DNA of 42,388 nucleotides from an uncultured Clostridia bacterium (GTDB lineage: Bacteria > Bacillota > Clostridia > TANB77 > CAG-508), in assembly GCA_944391795.1 (NCBI GenBank), contig CALXUW010000110.1, positions 1 to 42,388 of the forward strand, written 5' to 3'. The stretch's first letter is position 1, and each line of letters starts with the position of its first letter. Below are positions 28,250-37,121 of this stretch, in pieces. Under the pieces are notes generated by a model. It made no database searches and had not been told where the DNA came from. It worked only from the letters and a program-made list of their open reading frames with translations. The position numbers and the translations under genes were made by a program.

Positions 28250-29611
28250 ATGAACGTAGGATTTGTCTCACTAGGTTGTAGCAAAAACTTAATAGATACA
28301 GAAATAGTAATAGGACAATTTAAAAAGCACAATTTTAAAATAGTAAATGAAGAAGAAAACGCAGATATTATAGTTATTAATACATGTGGGTTTATTGAAG
28401 GGGCAAAAGAAGAAGCAATAAACACCATTTTAGAAATGGCAAGCTATAAAGAAAATAAATGTAAATATTTAATTGTAATGGGGTGCCTAGTTCAAAGATA
28501 TTATGAAGAATTAATAAAAGCACTGCCAGAGGTCGATTTATTTATAAAATTAGAAGAATATGATAAATTTTTTGAAAAAGTAGAAGACTTAATAAAAAGA
28601 GGAATAGTAAATAAGAAAGTAAAAAAATCAACAACAAAGATAAGCCAAATACCTCCAATGCCAATGTTTAAGCAAGAAGAATTTTTACAAAGAACTTTAA
28701 CAACAGGTAAAAATTATGCATATTTAAAAATAGGAGAAGGATGTAGTAACAAATGTACATATTGTGCAATTCCGTATATTAGAGGACCTTTTGTAAGTAG
28801 AAAAAAAGAAGATATAATAGAAGAAGCAAAAGAACTTGCTAAAAAAGGAATAAAAGAATTAATAATAATTGCACAAGACACAACCAAATATGGAATTGAC
28901 TTATATGGTGAAAGTAAATTAGCTGGAATTTTAGAAGAACTAAGCAAAATAGAAGAAATAAAATGGATAAGATTTTTATATTCATACCCAGAAGGAATAA
29001 CAGATGAACTAATAGAAGTTGTAAAAAACAACAAAAAAATAGCCAAATACTTTGATATACCAATTCAACACATAGCAAATAAAGTTTTAAAAAGAATGAA
29101 TAGAAAAACAAGTAAAGAACAAATTATTAGTCTAATAGAAAAAATAAAAAATAAAATACCAGATGTAACCCTAAGAACTACAGTAATGGTAGGATTCCCA
29201 GGAGAGACTAAAGAAGATTTTGAAGAATTATATGAATTTGTAAAACAAACAAAATTCGACAAATTAGGTGCATTTATGTATTCAAAAGAAGACAAAACAC
29301 CAGCTGCAAAACTTCCAAACCAAATACATGGAAATACTAAAAAAGCAAGATACAACAAAATAATGAGGTTGCAAGAGCAAATATCAAGAAATTTATTAGA
29401 AAATAAAAAGTCAAAAACAAATTTAGTATTAATTGAAAATATCTCATATGACAATAAATATTATATAGGAAGAACAATAGAAAATACTCCAGATATTGAT
29501 GGAATAGTTTATATAAAAAATGAACTAAAAAATCAAAATATGTTAAATAAATTTGTAGAATGTGATATAATAGATATAAGTGATTATGATTTAATTGCAA
29601 AATTCAAATAA
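28250..29611 (+). CDS. rimO: Ribosomal protein S12 methylthiotransferase RimO (radical SAM MTTase)
   Basis: N-terminal UPF0004 domain (VGFVSLGCSKN...INTCGFI), radical SAM CSNKCTYCAIP and a C-terminal TRAM domain. The RimO-type N-terminus distinguishes it from MiaB. Confidence 0.85.
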   Translation: MNVGFVSLGCSKNLIDTEIVIGQFKKHNFKIVNEEENADIIVINTCGFIEGAKEEAINTILEMASYKENKCKYLIVMGCLVQRYYEELIKALPEVDLFIKLEEYDKFFEKVEDLIKRGIVNKKVKKSTTKISQIPPMPMFKQEEFLQRTLTTGKNYAYLKIGEGCSNKCTYCAIPYIRGPFVSRKKEDIIEEAKELAKKGIKELIIIAQDTTKYGIDLYGESKLAGILEELSKIEEIKWIRFLYSYPEGITDELIEVVKNNKKIAKYFDIPIQHIANKVLKRMNRKTSKEQIISLIEKIKNKIPDVTLRTTVMVGFPGETKEDFEELYEFVKQTKFDKLGAFMYSKEDKTPAAKLPNQIHGNTKKARYNKIMRLQEQISRNLLENKKSKTNLVLIENISYDNKYYIGRTIENTPDIDGIVYIKNELKNQNMLNKFVECDIIDISDYDLIAKFK

Positions 29612-29769
29612 ACATCTAATAAAAAGACAAAACTTATAAAAATCACATAAATATACAAATTAAAAAATTTTACATAATAAATAACGGTTTATAGGTAAAA
29701 CCTTTTAAAAACCTAAATATTATAAAAAGGAGCATTATAATATATAAAATATTATAATAAAATAAGATT

Positions 29770-31092
29770 ATGAAAGTAATAGGTGAAGTAGAAGGACAAG
29801 CATTAATAATAAATCAAGAAGGTGGAATTTTTAAATACTACTTAAGTGGTAATCCAGAACCAATAGGAGTATATGATCCTAAATCAATGGAAGAAAATAT
29901 ACTATTTTTGGAAAATACAAAAGAAAATGAATTATCTGACATGATAAAAGAAGGTATAGAAAAAATACTTGATGAAACAAATATAAAAGAATATGCTTTA
30001 ACCCATAAACCATATGAAGAAAAAGATATAGAACAATTAGTAGATGAACTAAGTATAAAAGATGGAAAGATAACAAGAGTAGCCGAATTAGACTTAGACC
30101 AAAAAATACCAGATGATGAAAAAGAAAGCGAAAAAGAAAACGAAGAAGAAGAAAAGGAAAAAGATGAAGAAGAAGAGAATAAAGAAATAAAGTTAAGTAC
30201 TACCAAAGACATAAACATAAAGCAAGAACTAGACTTAAGTAACAAAACAACAGATATGAAAAATTTAGGACAACTACTAAAAAAAGAAGGAAAAATTCCA
30301 AATGATGGAAAAGATTATACAAAACTTGCTATTGTTGAATCAGATGATGTAAGTAATATAAAAACTCACAAAGGAACCCAAGCAAAAGAAAATACAACTA
30401 GATATCAATTTGTTCTAGTTGCAAGTGATAAAACAGTAGTACCTATCAACTTAGAACCAGATACCCAAGAACAAAGTAATCCAACTGAAAGAACTTATCA
30501 AATAATGCAAACTGGAGAAGTACAAAAAAATGCAGTACTTTCAAGATATAAATTAGGAAATGGAACATTAGCAATTGACAATGAAGCTTATGGAGAGATA
30601 AAAGCATATTATTCTCAAGGTAAAACTTTAGGAGGAGAAGGTATAGAAGGAAACTTATCATTAGATACACAACTAGAAACAAACAATGTGTGGGAAGTAG
30701 ATAAAGATGAAAGAGATAGAGCAGGTCATATAGGAGAAGGTTACAGACAAACAGAAGATGCAATTCAAGAAATAGATAATCTACATGGAGAAAATTGCAA
30801 AGGACCTTTAGAAACTAAAGACTTTGACGGAAATGAAAATACTACATCACACATAGATATAATAGAAGTTTCAAAAGAAGACATAAACCGTTATGCTAAA
30901 AGAATACTTGAAAATAGTGATGAAATAAGCTCATCCTATAATTTAGAAGATATAAAAGGAAAATTAAAACATCTTGAAGGTGAAAAAATATCTAAAGAAG
31001 AATTAAAAGAAGAACTAAAAAATACTAAAAAAGGGCTTGAAGAACAAGCGACACTTGAGCATGAACTTCCAGAAAGAATTCAGCGTGGTTAA
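29770..31092 (+). CDS. Hypothetical acidic (Glu/Asp/Lys-rich) protein
   Basis: 440-aa intact ORF with an EEEEKEKDEEEE tract. There is no obvious RBS at the listed ATG, so the start is uncertain. No recognisable domain. Confidence 0.4.
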   Translation: MKVIGEVEGQALIINQEGGIFKYYLSGNPEPIGVYDPKSMEENILFLENTKENELSDMIKEGIEKILDETNIKEYALTHKPYEEKDIEQLVDELSIKDGKITRVAELDLDQKIPDDEKESEKENEEEEKEKDEEEENKEIKLSTTKDINIKQELDLSNKTTDMKNLGQLLKKEGKIPNDGKDYTKLAIVESDDVSNIKTHKGTQAKENTTRYQFVLVASDKTVVPINLEPDTQEQSNPTERTYQIMQTGEVQKNAVLSRYKLGNGTLAIDNEAYGEIKAYYSQGKTLGGEGIEGNLSLDTQLETNNVWEVDKDERDRAGHIGEGYRQTEDAIQEIDNLHGENCKGPLETKDFDGNENTTSHIDIIEVSKEDINRYAKRILENSDEISSSYNLEDIKGKLKHLEGEKISKEELKEELKNTKKGLEEQATLEHELPERIQRG

Positions 31093-31127
31093 AATAAGTA
31101 TTTCTAAATAACTCATAAAATAAAAAA

Positions 31128-31162
31128 CTACAAATGTTTTAAAATAAACATTGTGGTTTTTT
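31128..31162 (+). terminator. Rho-independent terminator (plus-strand gene)
   Basis: ctacaaatgttt pairs with aaacattgtgg (one bulge) and is followed by tttttt. Confidence 0.55.
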
Positions 31163-31176
31163 ATTAATTTAATTAT

Positions 31177-31207
31177 AAAAAATCTAGCAAAAAAAAACTA
31201 GATTTTT
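31177..31207 (-). terminator. Rho-independent terminator of the CDF transporter gene
   Basis: The minus strand reads aaaaatctag-(t)9g-ctagattttt followed by a T-run, 5 nt after the stop. Confidence 0.55.
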
Positions 31208-31211
31208 ACTT

Positions 31212-32072
31212 TTAAATAGGTTCAACATGAACAACAGTCTTATAAATTTTATCTATACCATTTACACTATTTTCCAAACTATCTGCTAACTCATGACTTT
31301 CAAAAGTAGATAAATTACCATCTAATTTAATAGTTAAAAATATAAGATATCTATCTCCAACAGGAGTAGATATAATATCATCCACACCTTTAATTTCCTT
31401 ATAACTATGTACAATATCTAAAATTAAATCCTTTGTTTTATCATCTATACTAATATCCATAAGTACATTATAACTTTCAATAAATATAGTAATACCAGTA
31501 TAACAAATCCAAATAGAAATTCCAATACCAACAATACTATCAAACCAATAAATACCAAATAAAGTAAGTAGTATAGAAATTAAAGTAAAACTAGTTATTA
31601 CACAATCGTTTCTATGATCTTTCATATTAGCTTCTAATAAAATATTATAATGTTTTTTAAAAGCATTTCTTGTGTATAAATATAAACATAATTTAGTAAC
31701 AATAGTTAAAACACAAACAATAACCAAAAACCATGAAAATTGAAGTTCACTTCCTAAAACTAAAGTAAGTACAGAATCATAAAGTAATTTAGCAGAAACT
31801 AGAATCATCGAAATACTAATAAACATAGAAAATATATATTCAGCTTTTCCATGTCCCAAATTATGGTCTAAATCTCCTGGAACACTTGCAATCTTATTCC
31901 CTATAAAAGTCATTAAAGATGCAAAAATATCACTTGCACTATTAACACTATCTGCAATCATAGATTGACTTTTACTAACAAAACCAACAATAGCTTTTAT
32001 TATTAACAAAAAGATATTACCAATAATCCCATAGATACCTGCTTTTTTGGTGTATTTATACTTTTCTTCCAT
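31212..32072 (-). CDS. Cation diffusion facilitator (CDF) family metal efflux transporter
   Basis: Six hydrophobic segments. SVNSASDIFASL, an HxxxD-type motif (HGKAEY, DHNLGH) and a C-terminal cytoplasmic domain (VHSYKEIKGVDDI...HVEP) are typical of cation efflux proteins. Confidence 0.8.
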   Translation of the reverse strand: MEEKYKYTKKAGIYGIIGNIFLLIIKAIVGFVSKSQSMIADSVNSASDIFASLMTFIGNKIASVPGDLDHNLGHGKAEYIFSMFISISMILVSAKLLYDSVLTLVLGSELQFSWFLVIVCVLTIVTKLCLYLYTRNAFKKHYNILLEANMKDHRNDCVITSFTLISILLTLFGIYWFDSIVGIGISIWICYTGITIFIESYNVLMDISIDDKTKDLILDIVHSYKEIKGVDDIISTPVGDRYLIFLTIKLDGNLSTFESHELADSLENSVNGIDKIYKTVVHVEPI

Positions 32073-32374
32073 AAAAAATTATCATCTCCTAAAAATTTAA
32101 AATGAACGTATTTTTAATAATACGTTTATTACTATATAAATTAAGTAAAACAAAAATATAAAAAATATTTTTCAAATTATATCATATTGATTATAAAATA
32201 TAAAGAATAAAATATAATTTTATTTAAGATTTTCCTTCCTTTTAAAAGGTACTTTAGCCTAAGAAAATATAGAAATTTAAAAATATTTACAAAACAAATA
32301 GTAATATGTTATAATATAAAATATAAAACAAATAAAAAAATACCATTTTAAAAAACTAAAGAGGTGTTATTTAA

Positions 32375-32710
32375 ATGACAATACTTACAATAATATATGT
32401 ACTAATATTTATAATATTTGCATTAATTTTATATTCTGTTTTACAAATAAAACTATTTGGAATGAAAGTAAAAGACTTTTGGACTTTTATAGAAGCAAAC
32501 CAAATGCTAGATAAACTATATAAATTTGCAAAACAATATGAAAACATGTCACCACAAGAACAAATAATATATTTAACAGAAGCAGAAAAAATATTTAAAG
32601 CATTTGACAATGTGCCAGACGCATTATGGGAAGAAGAATATGATAAATATAAAGAAGTATTATCAAAATACAAGGATATAAAAATGATAAGATGGGCAGA
32701 AAATAAATAA
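32375..32710 (+). CDS. Small membrane-anchored hypothetical protein
   Basis: 111-aa ORF with RBS aaagaggtg, one N-terminal TM helix and a charged C-terminal part. Confidence 0.45.
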   Translation: MTILTIIYVLIFIIFALILYSVLQIKLFGMKVKDFWTFIEANQMLDKLYKFAKQYENMSPQEQIIYLTEAEKIFKAFDNVPDALWEEEYDKYKEVLSKYKDIKMIRWAENK

Positions 32711-32780
32711 AACCAAATTATTCTATATATAATAAATTAAAAAAGTTAACTTTATATTATTTAAAGTTAACTTTTTTAAT

Positions 32781-33317
32781 TTAAAATCTAATAATTAACA
32801 AACTAGAAAGCAAATATGCAAACCTAAATGACTTTTTCATAAACAACCTATTTTCTAGAACTTGGAAAGATTCAGATAAAGCTAAATACTTATCAACAAA
32901 AGTCAAAATAAAACCTTCAATAGATTTTGGAAAGCTAACAGTAACAGGCCACATATGTTTAATAATCATATCTTTTTCTTTATCATTTAAATCAAATAAT
33001 TTACAAGCATTTTCGCAAGCTGTTTTCCCATGTGTAAAAGCATGTAATCCTTTTCTTCCATTTTGCCTTTTTCTCCAATCATACAAAAATAAATCATGAA
33101 GCATAGCAGCCCTTGCAGCAGATTTATAATCTAATTTATATTTCTTACAAATTAAATAACAATAATATGACGCCATATAACAATGATCAAAACATGATGT
33201 TTCAAAGTGTTGCCTAAAGTTTTTCATCTGTTTAACAGTTTCATTAGTAATTAATTCTTTTATAATATTTTGAAATTCTTTATCATTATCTATTAAAAAT
33301 TTAATATCTTTATTCAT
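32781..33317 (-). CDS. HD-domain phosphohydrolase
   Basis: H...HC...(A)AMLHDLFLYDW contains the H..HD metal-binding signature. ATG 33317 follows RBS ggtggggga, so it is preferred over 33332. Confidence 0.7.
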   Translation of the reverse strand: MNKDIKFLIDNDKEFQNIIKELITNETVKQMKNFRQHFETSCFDHCYMASYYCYLICKKYKLDYKSAARAAMLHDLFLYDWRKRQNGRKGLHAFTHGKTACENACKLFDLNDKEKDMIIKHMWPVTVSFPKSIEGFILTFVDKYLALSESFQVLENRLFMKKSFRFAYLLSSLLIIRF

Positions 33318-33432
33318 TAGTTCCCCCACCAATATTTATTTTCTACATATTAATTATATCATAAATTATACCTATGTTTCAAATTTTATTAAAAATTAAT
33401 AAAAAATTAATTAAATTTTATGCCCAAAAATA

Positions 33433-33461
33433 TTGCATAAATTTACCTTAAATAGTATAAT
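33433..33461 (+). promoter_or_regulatory. Near-consensus sigma-A promoter upstream of the GT2 gene
   Basis: TTGCAT (33433-33438), a 17-nt spacer, then TATAAT (33456-33461), about 55 nt upstream of the start at 33516. Confidence 0.5.
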
Positions 33462-33515
33462 AGAAAATAGAGAATAATATTATATATTAAAAAAGAAAAT
33501 AAGTGAGGTAAAGAA

Positions 33516-34772
33516 ATGGAATATTTATATATACTAAGAGAAGCTTTAGTTTGGATAATTACTATATTTTGGTTATATCAAATAACAGTAAGTTTATTCT
33601 CATTGGTAAAAATAAAAGACAAACCATTAAAAATAAAAAAAGATCATAGATTTATGGCAATAATACCAGCACACAATGAAGAAGCGGTAGTCGGAAATTT
33701 AATAGAAAGCCTAAAAAAACAAAACTACAATAAAGAATTATATGATATATATGTAATTGCAGACAACTGCACAGATAATACAGCAAAAGTTGCAAAAGAA
33801 GCAGGAGCAATAGTATATGAAAGGTTTGACATGACCAGAAAAACAAAAGGATATGCACTAGACTGGTTTTTAAAACAAAAAATAGAAGAAAATGCACCAT
33901 ATGATGCCTTCTTCGTATTTGATGCTGACAATATAGTAGATGCAAACTTTATAAAAAACATGAACAAAAAACTATGCCAAGGAGAAGATGTAGTCCAAGG
34001 TTATAGAGATATAAAAAACCCAAGCGACAACTGGATATCAGCAGGATACGCACTATTTTACTGGACAATGCACAGATTTTACCACTTAGCAAGATACAAT
34101 TTAGGACTTTCACCACTATTGAATGGAACAGGATTTATGGTAAGATTTGATACAATAAAACCAAATGGGTTTGACACAGTAACATTAACAGAAGATATAG
34201 AATTTTCATTAAAAAGAATAATAAAAGGAAAAAGACTAGGTTGGGCAACAGATGCAATAGTATATGATGAACAACCAACAGGATTTAAACAAAGTTGGTC
34301 ACAAAGAAGCAGATGGACAGTAGGGCAGATGCAATGTATAAAAGAATATACAAAAAAATTAGCACTAGCTGCAAAAGAAAATAAAACAATGATGAATTTC
34401 GATGGTTTCTTATATATAATAGGAAGTATACCAATGTTTATAATTACACTTGTTTTATTATTAACAAACTTCTTAATGTATGCAGGAGAAGGAATGACTG
34501 AATATGAACTAATAATAAACATTTTAAGATATCTAATACCAACATTCTTATTACCAATAGGAACAGCAGTAATTGTAATGCTATTAGATAGAAGACCAAT
34601 AAAACCAATGCTAAAAGGATTAGCTTGTTATCCATTATTTATGGGATCATGGTTATTAATAAACTTTAAATGTTTATTTAAAAGAGAAACTACATGGGAA
34701 AAAATCAACCATGTAAGAAATATAAAAATTACAGATGTGAATGAAAAAGTAATAGCTGAAACAAACAAATAG
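33516..34772 (+). CDS. Membrane-embedded family 2 glycosyltransferase, processive synthase type
   Basis: Motifs AIIPAHNEE, FDADN, TEDIEFS and QRSRWTVG (the Q(R/Q)xRW processivity motif), with an N-terminal and several C-terminal TM helices as in PgaC/IcaA/cellulose-synthase-like enzymes. Confidence 0.8.
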   Translation: MEYLYILREALVWIITIFWLYQITVSLFSLVKIKDKPLKIKKDHRFMAIIPAHNEEAVVGNLIESLKKQNYNKELYDIYVIADNCTDNTAKVAKEAGAIVYERFDMTRKTKGYALDWFLKQKIEENAPYDAFFVFDADNIVDANFIKNMNKKLCQGEDVVQGYRDIKNPSDNWISAGYALFYWTMHRFYHLARYNLGLSPLLNGTGFMVRFDTIKPNGFDTVTLTEDIEFSLKRIIKGKRLGWATDAIVYDEQPTGFKQSWSQRSRWTVGQMQCIKEYTKKLALAAKENKTMMNFDGFLYIIGSIPMFIITLVLLLTNFLMYAGEGMTEYELIINILRYLIPTFLLPIGTAVIVMLLDRRPIKPMLKGLACYPLFMGSWLLINFKCLFKRETTWEKINHVRNIKITDVNEKVIAETNK

Positions 34773-34813
34773 CTAAAAAAAGTATAATTTATAAACAAAA
34801 AAATAAAAAAAGC

Positions 34814-34842
34814 TTGCATTTATACCAAAAATTGGGTATAAT
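34814..34842 (+). promoter_or_regulatory. Near-consensus sigma-A promoter of the rimP-nusA-infB operon
   Basis: TTGCAT (34814-34819), a 17-nt spacer ending in tggg, then TATAAT (34837-34842). Confidence 0.55.
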
Positions 34843-34867
34843 ATAAAAGAAAGCAACAAGAGTTTAA

Positions 34868-34894
34868 GAAGAGTGGGAACAAATCCCACTCTTC
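34868..34894 (+). other. Stem-loop in the rimP leader
   Basis: gaagagtggga (34868-34878) pairs perfectly with tcccactcttc (34884-34894). No T-run follows, so it is more likely a leader structure than a terminator. Confidence 0.35.
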
Positions 34895-34927
34895 ATTGCT
34901 TAAATAAAGAAAAGGGGGAACAAAAAA

Positions 34928-35380
34928 GTGGCTAATATAGAAGAAAAAGTAAAAAATCTAATAAAGCCAATAATAGAAAACCTAGGGTATGATCTATATG
35001 ATGTAGAATATGTAAAAGAAGCCAAAAACTTTTTTTTACGAATATATATAGACAAACCAGAAGGAATAAACATACAAGACTGTGAAAAAGTAAACAATGA
35101 AATAAATGACATATTAGATGAAGCAAACTATATTAAAGAACAATACTATTTAGAAGTATCTTCACCAGGAATAGAAAGAGTATTAAAAAAAGACGAGCAC
35201 TTACAAAAAAATCTAGGAAAAGAAGTATATGTAAAACTATTTAAAAAAGACAATAATTCCAAAAAAGAATATCAAGGAATACTAAAAGACTTCAGCCAAG
35301 AAGAAATCATATTAGAAAACAATTTAAAAATAGACAAAAAAAATATAGCACTAATAAAAACCGTATATAATTGGAAATAA
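34928..35380 (+). CDS. rimP: Ribosome maturation factor RimP
   Basis: Matches LGYDLYDVEY.KE....LRIYIDK..GI...DCEKV and YLEVSSPGIERVLK. GTG start after RBS aaggggga. Lies upstream of nusA. Confidence 0.9.
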   Translation: MANIEEKVKNLIKPIIENLGYDLYDVEYVKEAKNFFLRIYIDKPEGINIQDCEKVNNEINDILDEANYIKEQYYLEVSSPGIERVLKKDEHLQKNLGKEVYVKLFKKDNNSKKEYQGILKDFSQEEIILENNLKIDKKNIALIKTVYNWK

Positions 35381-35398
35381 AGAAAGGAGTAACAAAAA

Positions 35399-36511
35399 AT
35401 GAAAGAACAAGCAATAGATAACAAAGAGCTAATCTTAGCCCTAGAAGAATTAGAAAAAGAAAAAGGAATAAAAAAGGAGTATTTATTAGAATCAATCGAA
35501 ACAGCTCTACTTACAGCATATAAAAGAAATTTTGATTCACTAGACAATGTAAGAATAGAAATGGACAAAAAAACAGGGGCAACACATGTATACTCAATAA
35601 AAGAAGTAATGGAAAAAGCAAATGATGAAGCAACAGAAATAAGCCTAAAAGAAGCCAAAAAAATAAAACCAGACATAAAAGAAGGAGACCAAATAGAAAT
35701 AGAAATAGTACCAAGAAACTTTGGAAGAATTGCAGCACAAACAGCAAAACAAGTAATAATCCAAAAACTAAGAGAAGCAGAAAGAGAAATAATATTTACA
35801 GAATTTAATGAAAGAAAAGGCGAAATAGTTTCAGGGTTAATACAAAAAGCAGATAAAAATATAGTTGTAATGGATTTAGGAAGACTAGAAGGAGTAATGC
35901 CAGCAAAAGAACAAATACCAACTGAAAATTATAAAGTAAATGATAAAATAAAAGGATATGTACTAGATGTAGAAAAAGGAGCAAAAGGAGCACCACAAGT
36001 TATAGTATCAAGAAGTCACCCAGACTTTGTAAGAAAACTTCTAGAATTCGAAATACCAGAGATATATGAAGGTGTAATAGAAATAAAAAGTGTATCAAGA
36101 GATCCAGGTTACAGAAGTAAAGTAGCAGTATACTCACCAGATCCAAATATCGATCCAGTAGGTTCATGTGTAGGTCAAAAAGGCGTTAGAATTCAAAATG
36201 TAATAAACGAATTAAATGGAGAAAAAATAGACGTAATAGAATGGAACGAAGACCCAGCAATATATATAGCAGCAAGCCTACTTCCAGCACAAATATTAGC
36301 AGTAGATATAAAAAAAGAATTAAAATTTGCACAAGTAATAGTACCAGATGACCAATTATCTTTAGCAATTGGAAAATCAGGTCAAAATGCAAGACTAGCT
36401 GCAAAATTAACAGATTGGAAAATAGATATTAAATCAGAAACACAATTTAGACAAATGCTACTAGAAAAAGAAAAAGAAGAAAATCAAGAAGAAAACAAAC
36501 AAGAAGAATAA
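35399..36511 (+). CDS. nusA: Transcription termination/antitermination factor NusA
   Basis: N-terminal domain (LILALEELEKEKGI), S1 domain (GEIVSGLIQK), two KH domains (DPVGSCVGQKGVRIQ, LSLAIGKSGQNARLAAKLT) and a Glu-rich tail. Confidence 0.95.
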   Translation: MKEQAIDNKELILALEELEKEKGIKKEYLLESIETALLTAYKRNFDSLDNVRIEMDKKTGATHVYSIKEVMEKANDEATEISLKEAKKIKPDIKEGDQIEIEIVPRNFGRIAAQTAKQVIIQKLREAEREIIFTEFNERKGEIVSGLIQKADKNIVVMDLGRLEGVMPAKEQIPTENYKVNDKIKGYVLDVEKGAKGAPQVIVSRSHPDFVRKLLEFEIPEIYEGVIEIKSVSRDPGYRSKVAVYSPDPNIDPVGSCVGQKGVRIQNVINELNGEKIDVIEWNEDPAIYIAASLLPAQILAVDIKKELKFAQVIVPDDQLSLAIGKSGQNARLAAKLTDWKIDIKSETQFRQMLLEKEKEENQEENKQEE

Positions 36512-36550
36512 AAACAAAGTCAAAACATACAATAAAAGGAGGACAAAACT

Positions 36551-36811
36551 ATGAAAAGACAGCCACAAAGAACATGTATGGGATGTAACCAAAAAAAAGA
36601 TAAAAAAGATTTAATAAGAATAGTAAAAAACAAAGAAAACGAAATAAGTATAGACAAAACCAAAAAACAAGAAGGCAGAGGAGCTTACATATGTGATGAC
36701 ATCAATTGTTTAGAAAAGCTTATAAAAAATAAAAGACTAGAAAAGATATTTGAAATGAAAATATCAAAAGAAATTTATGAAAATTTAAGAGGTGTAATTC
36801 TTGATAAATAA
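36551..36811 (+). CDS. ylxR: YlxR/RnpM-family RNA-binding protein (DUF448)
   Basis: RTCMGCNQKKDKKDLIRIV...GRGAYIC matches the DUF448 signature. Position is between nusA and infB. Confidence 0.85.
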   Translation: MKRQPQRTCMGCNQKKDKKDLIRIVKNKENEISIDKTKKQEGRGAYICDDINCLEKLIKNKRLEKIFEMKISKEIYENLRGVILDK

Positions 36812-37121
36812 AAAAATAATAGGTTTAATTGGACTCGCTGCCAAAGCAAGAAACATTTCATATGGAGCAGATAGTGTAGAAATCCAAGTAAAAAAGAAAA
36901 AGGTTTATTTAATAATAGTTGCGCAAGATGCATCAGATAGGACAAAGGAAAAATTCAAAAATATAAGTGAAAAATACAAAATACCACTTATAATCGGCGG
37001 AAAAATAGAAGAACTTAGCAAAGCAATAGGAAAATCTAACAAAGCAATTTTAGGAGTAGAAAATTTAAATTTATCAAAAGAAATACAAAAAATAAATAAT
37101 GGGGGTGAAGTTATTGGGTAA
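36801..37121 (+). CDS. ylxQ: L7Ae/YlxQ-family RNA-binding protein
   Basis: [16 protein letters not shown]...[15 protein letters not shown]...IPLI matches the Bacillus YlxQ pattern. TTG start overlaps ylxR by 11 nt. Confidence 0.8.
   Translation: MINKKIIGLIGLAAKARNISYGADSVEIQVKKKKVYLIIVAQDASDRTKEKFKNISEKYKIPLIIGGKIEELSKAIGKSNKAILGVENLNLSKEIQKINNGGEVIG

Noticed and set aside
29726-29770. The inverted repeat ttataatat/atattataa before ORF 29770 as an operator.
   Set aside because: It is a short AT-only palindrome, which is expected by chance at this base composition, and there is no supporting context.
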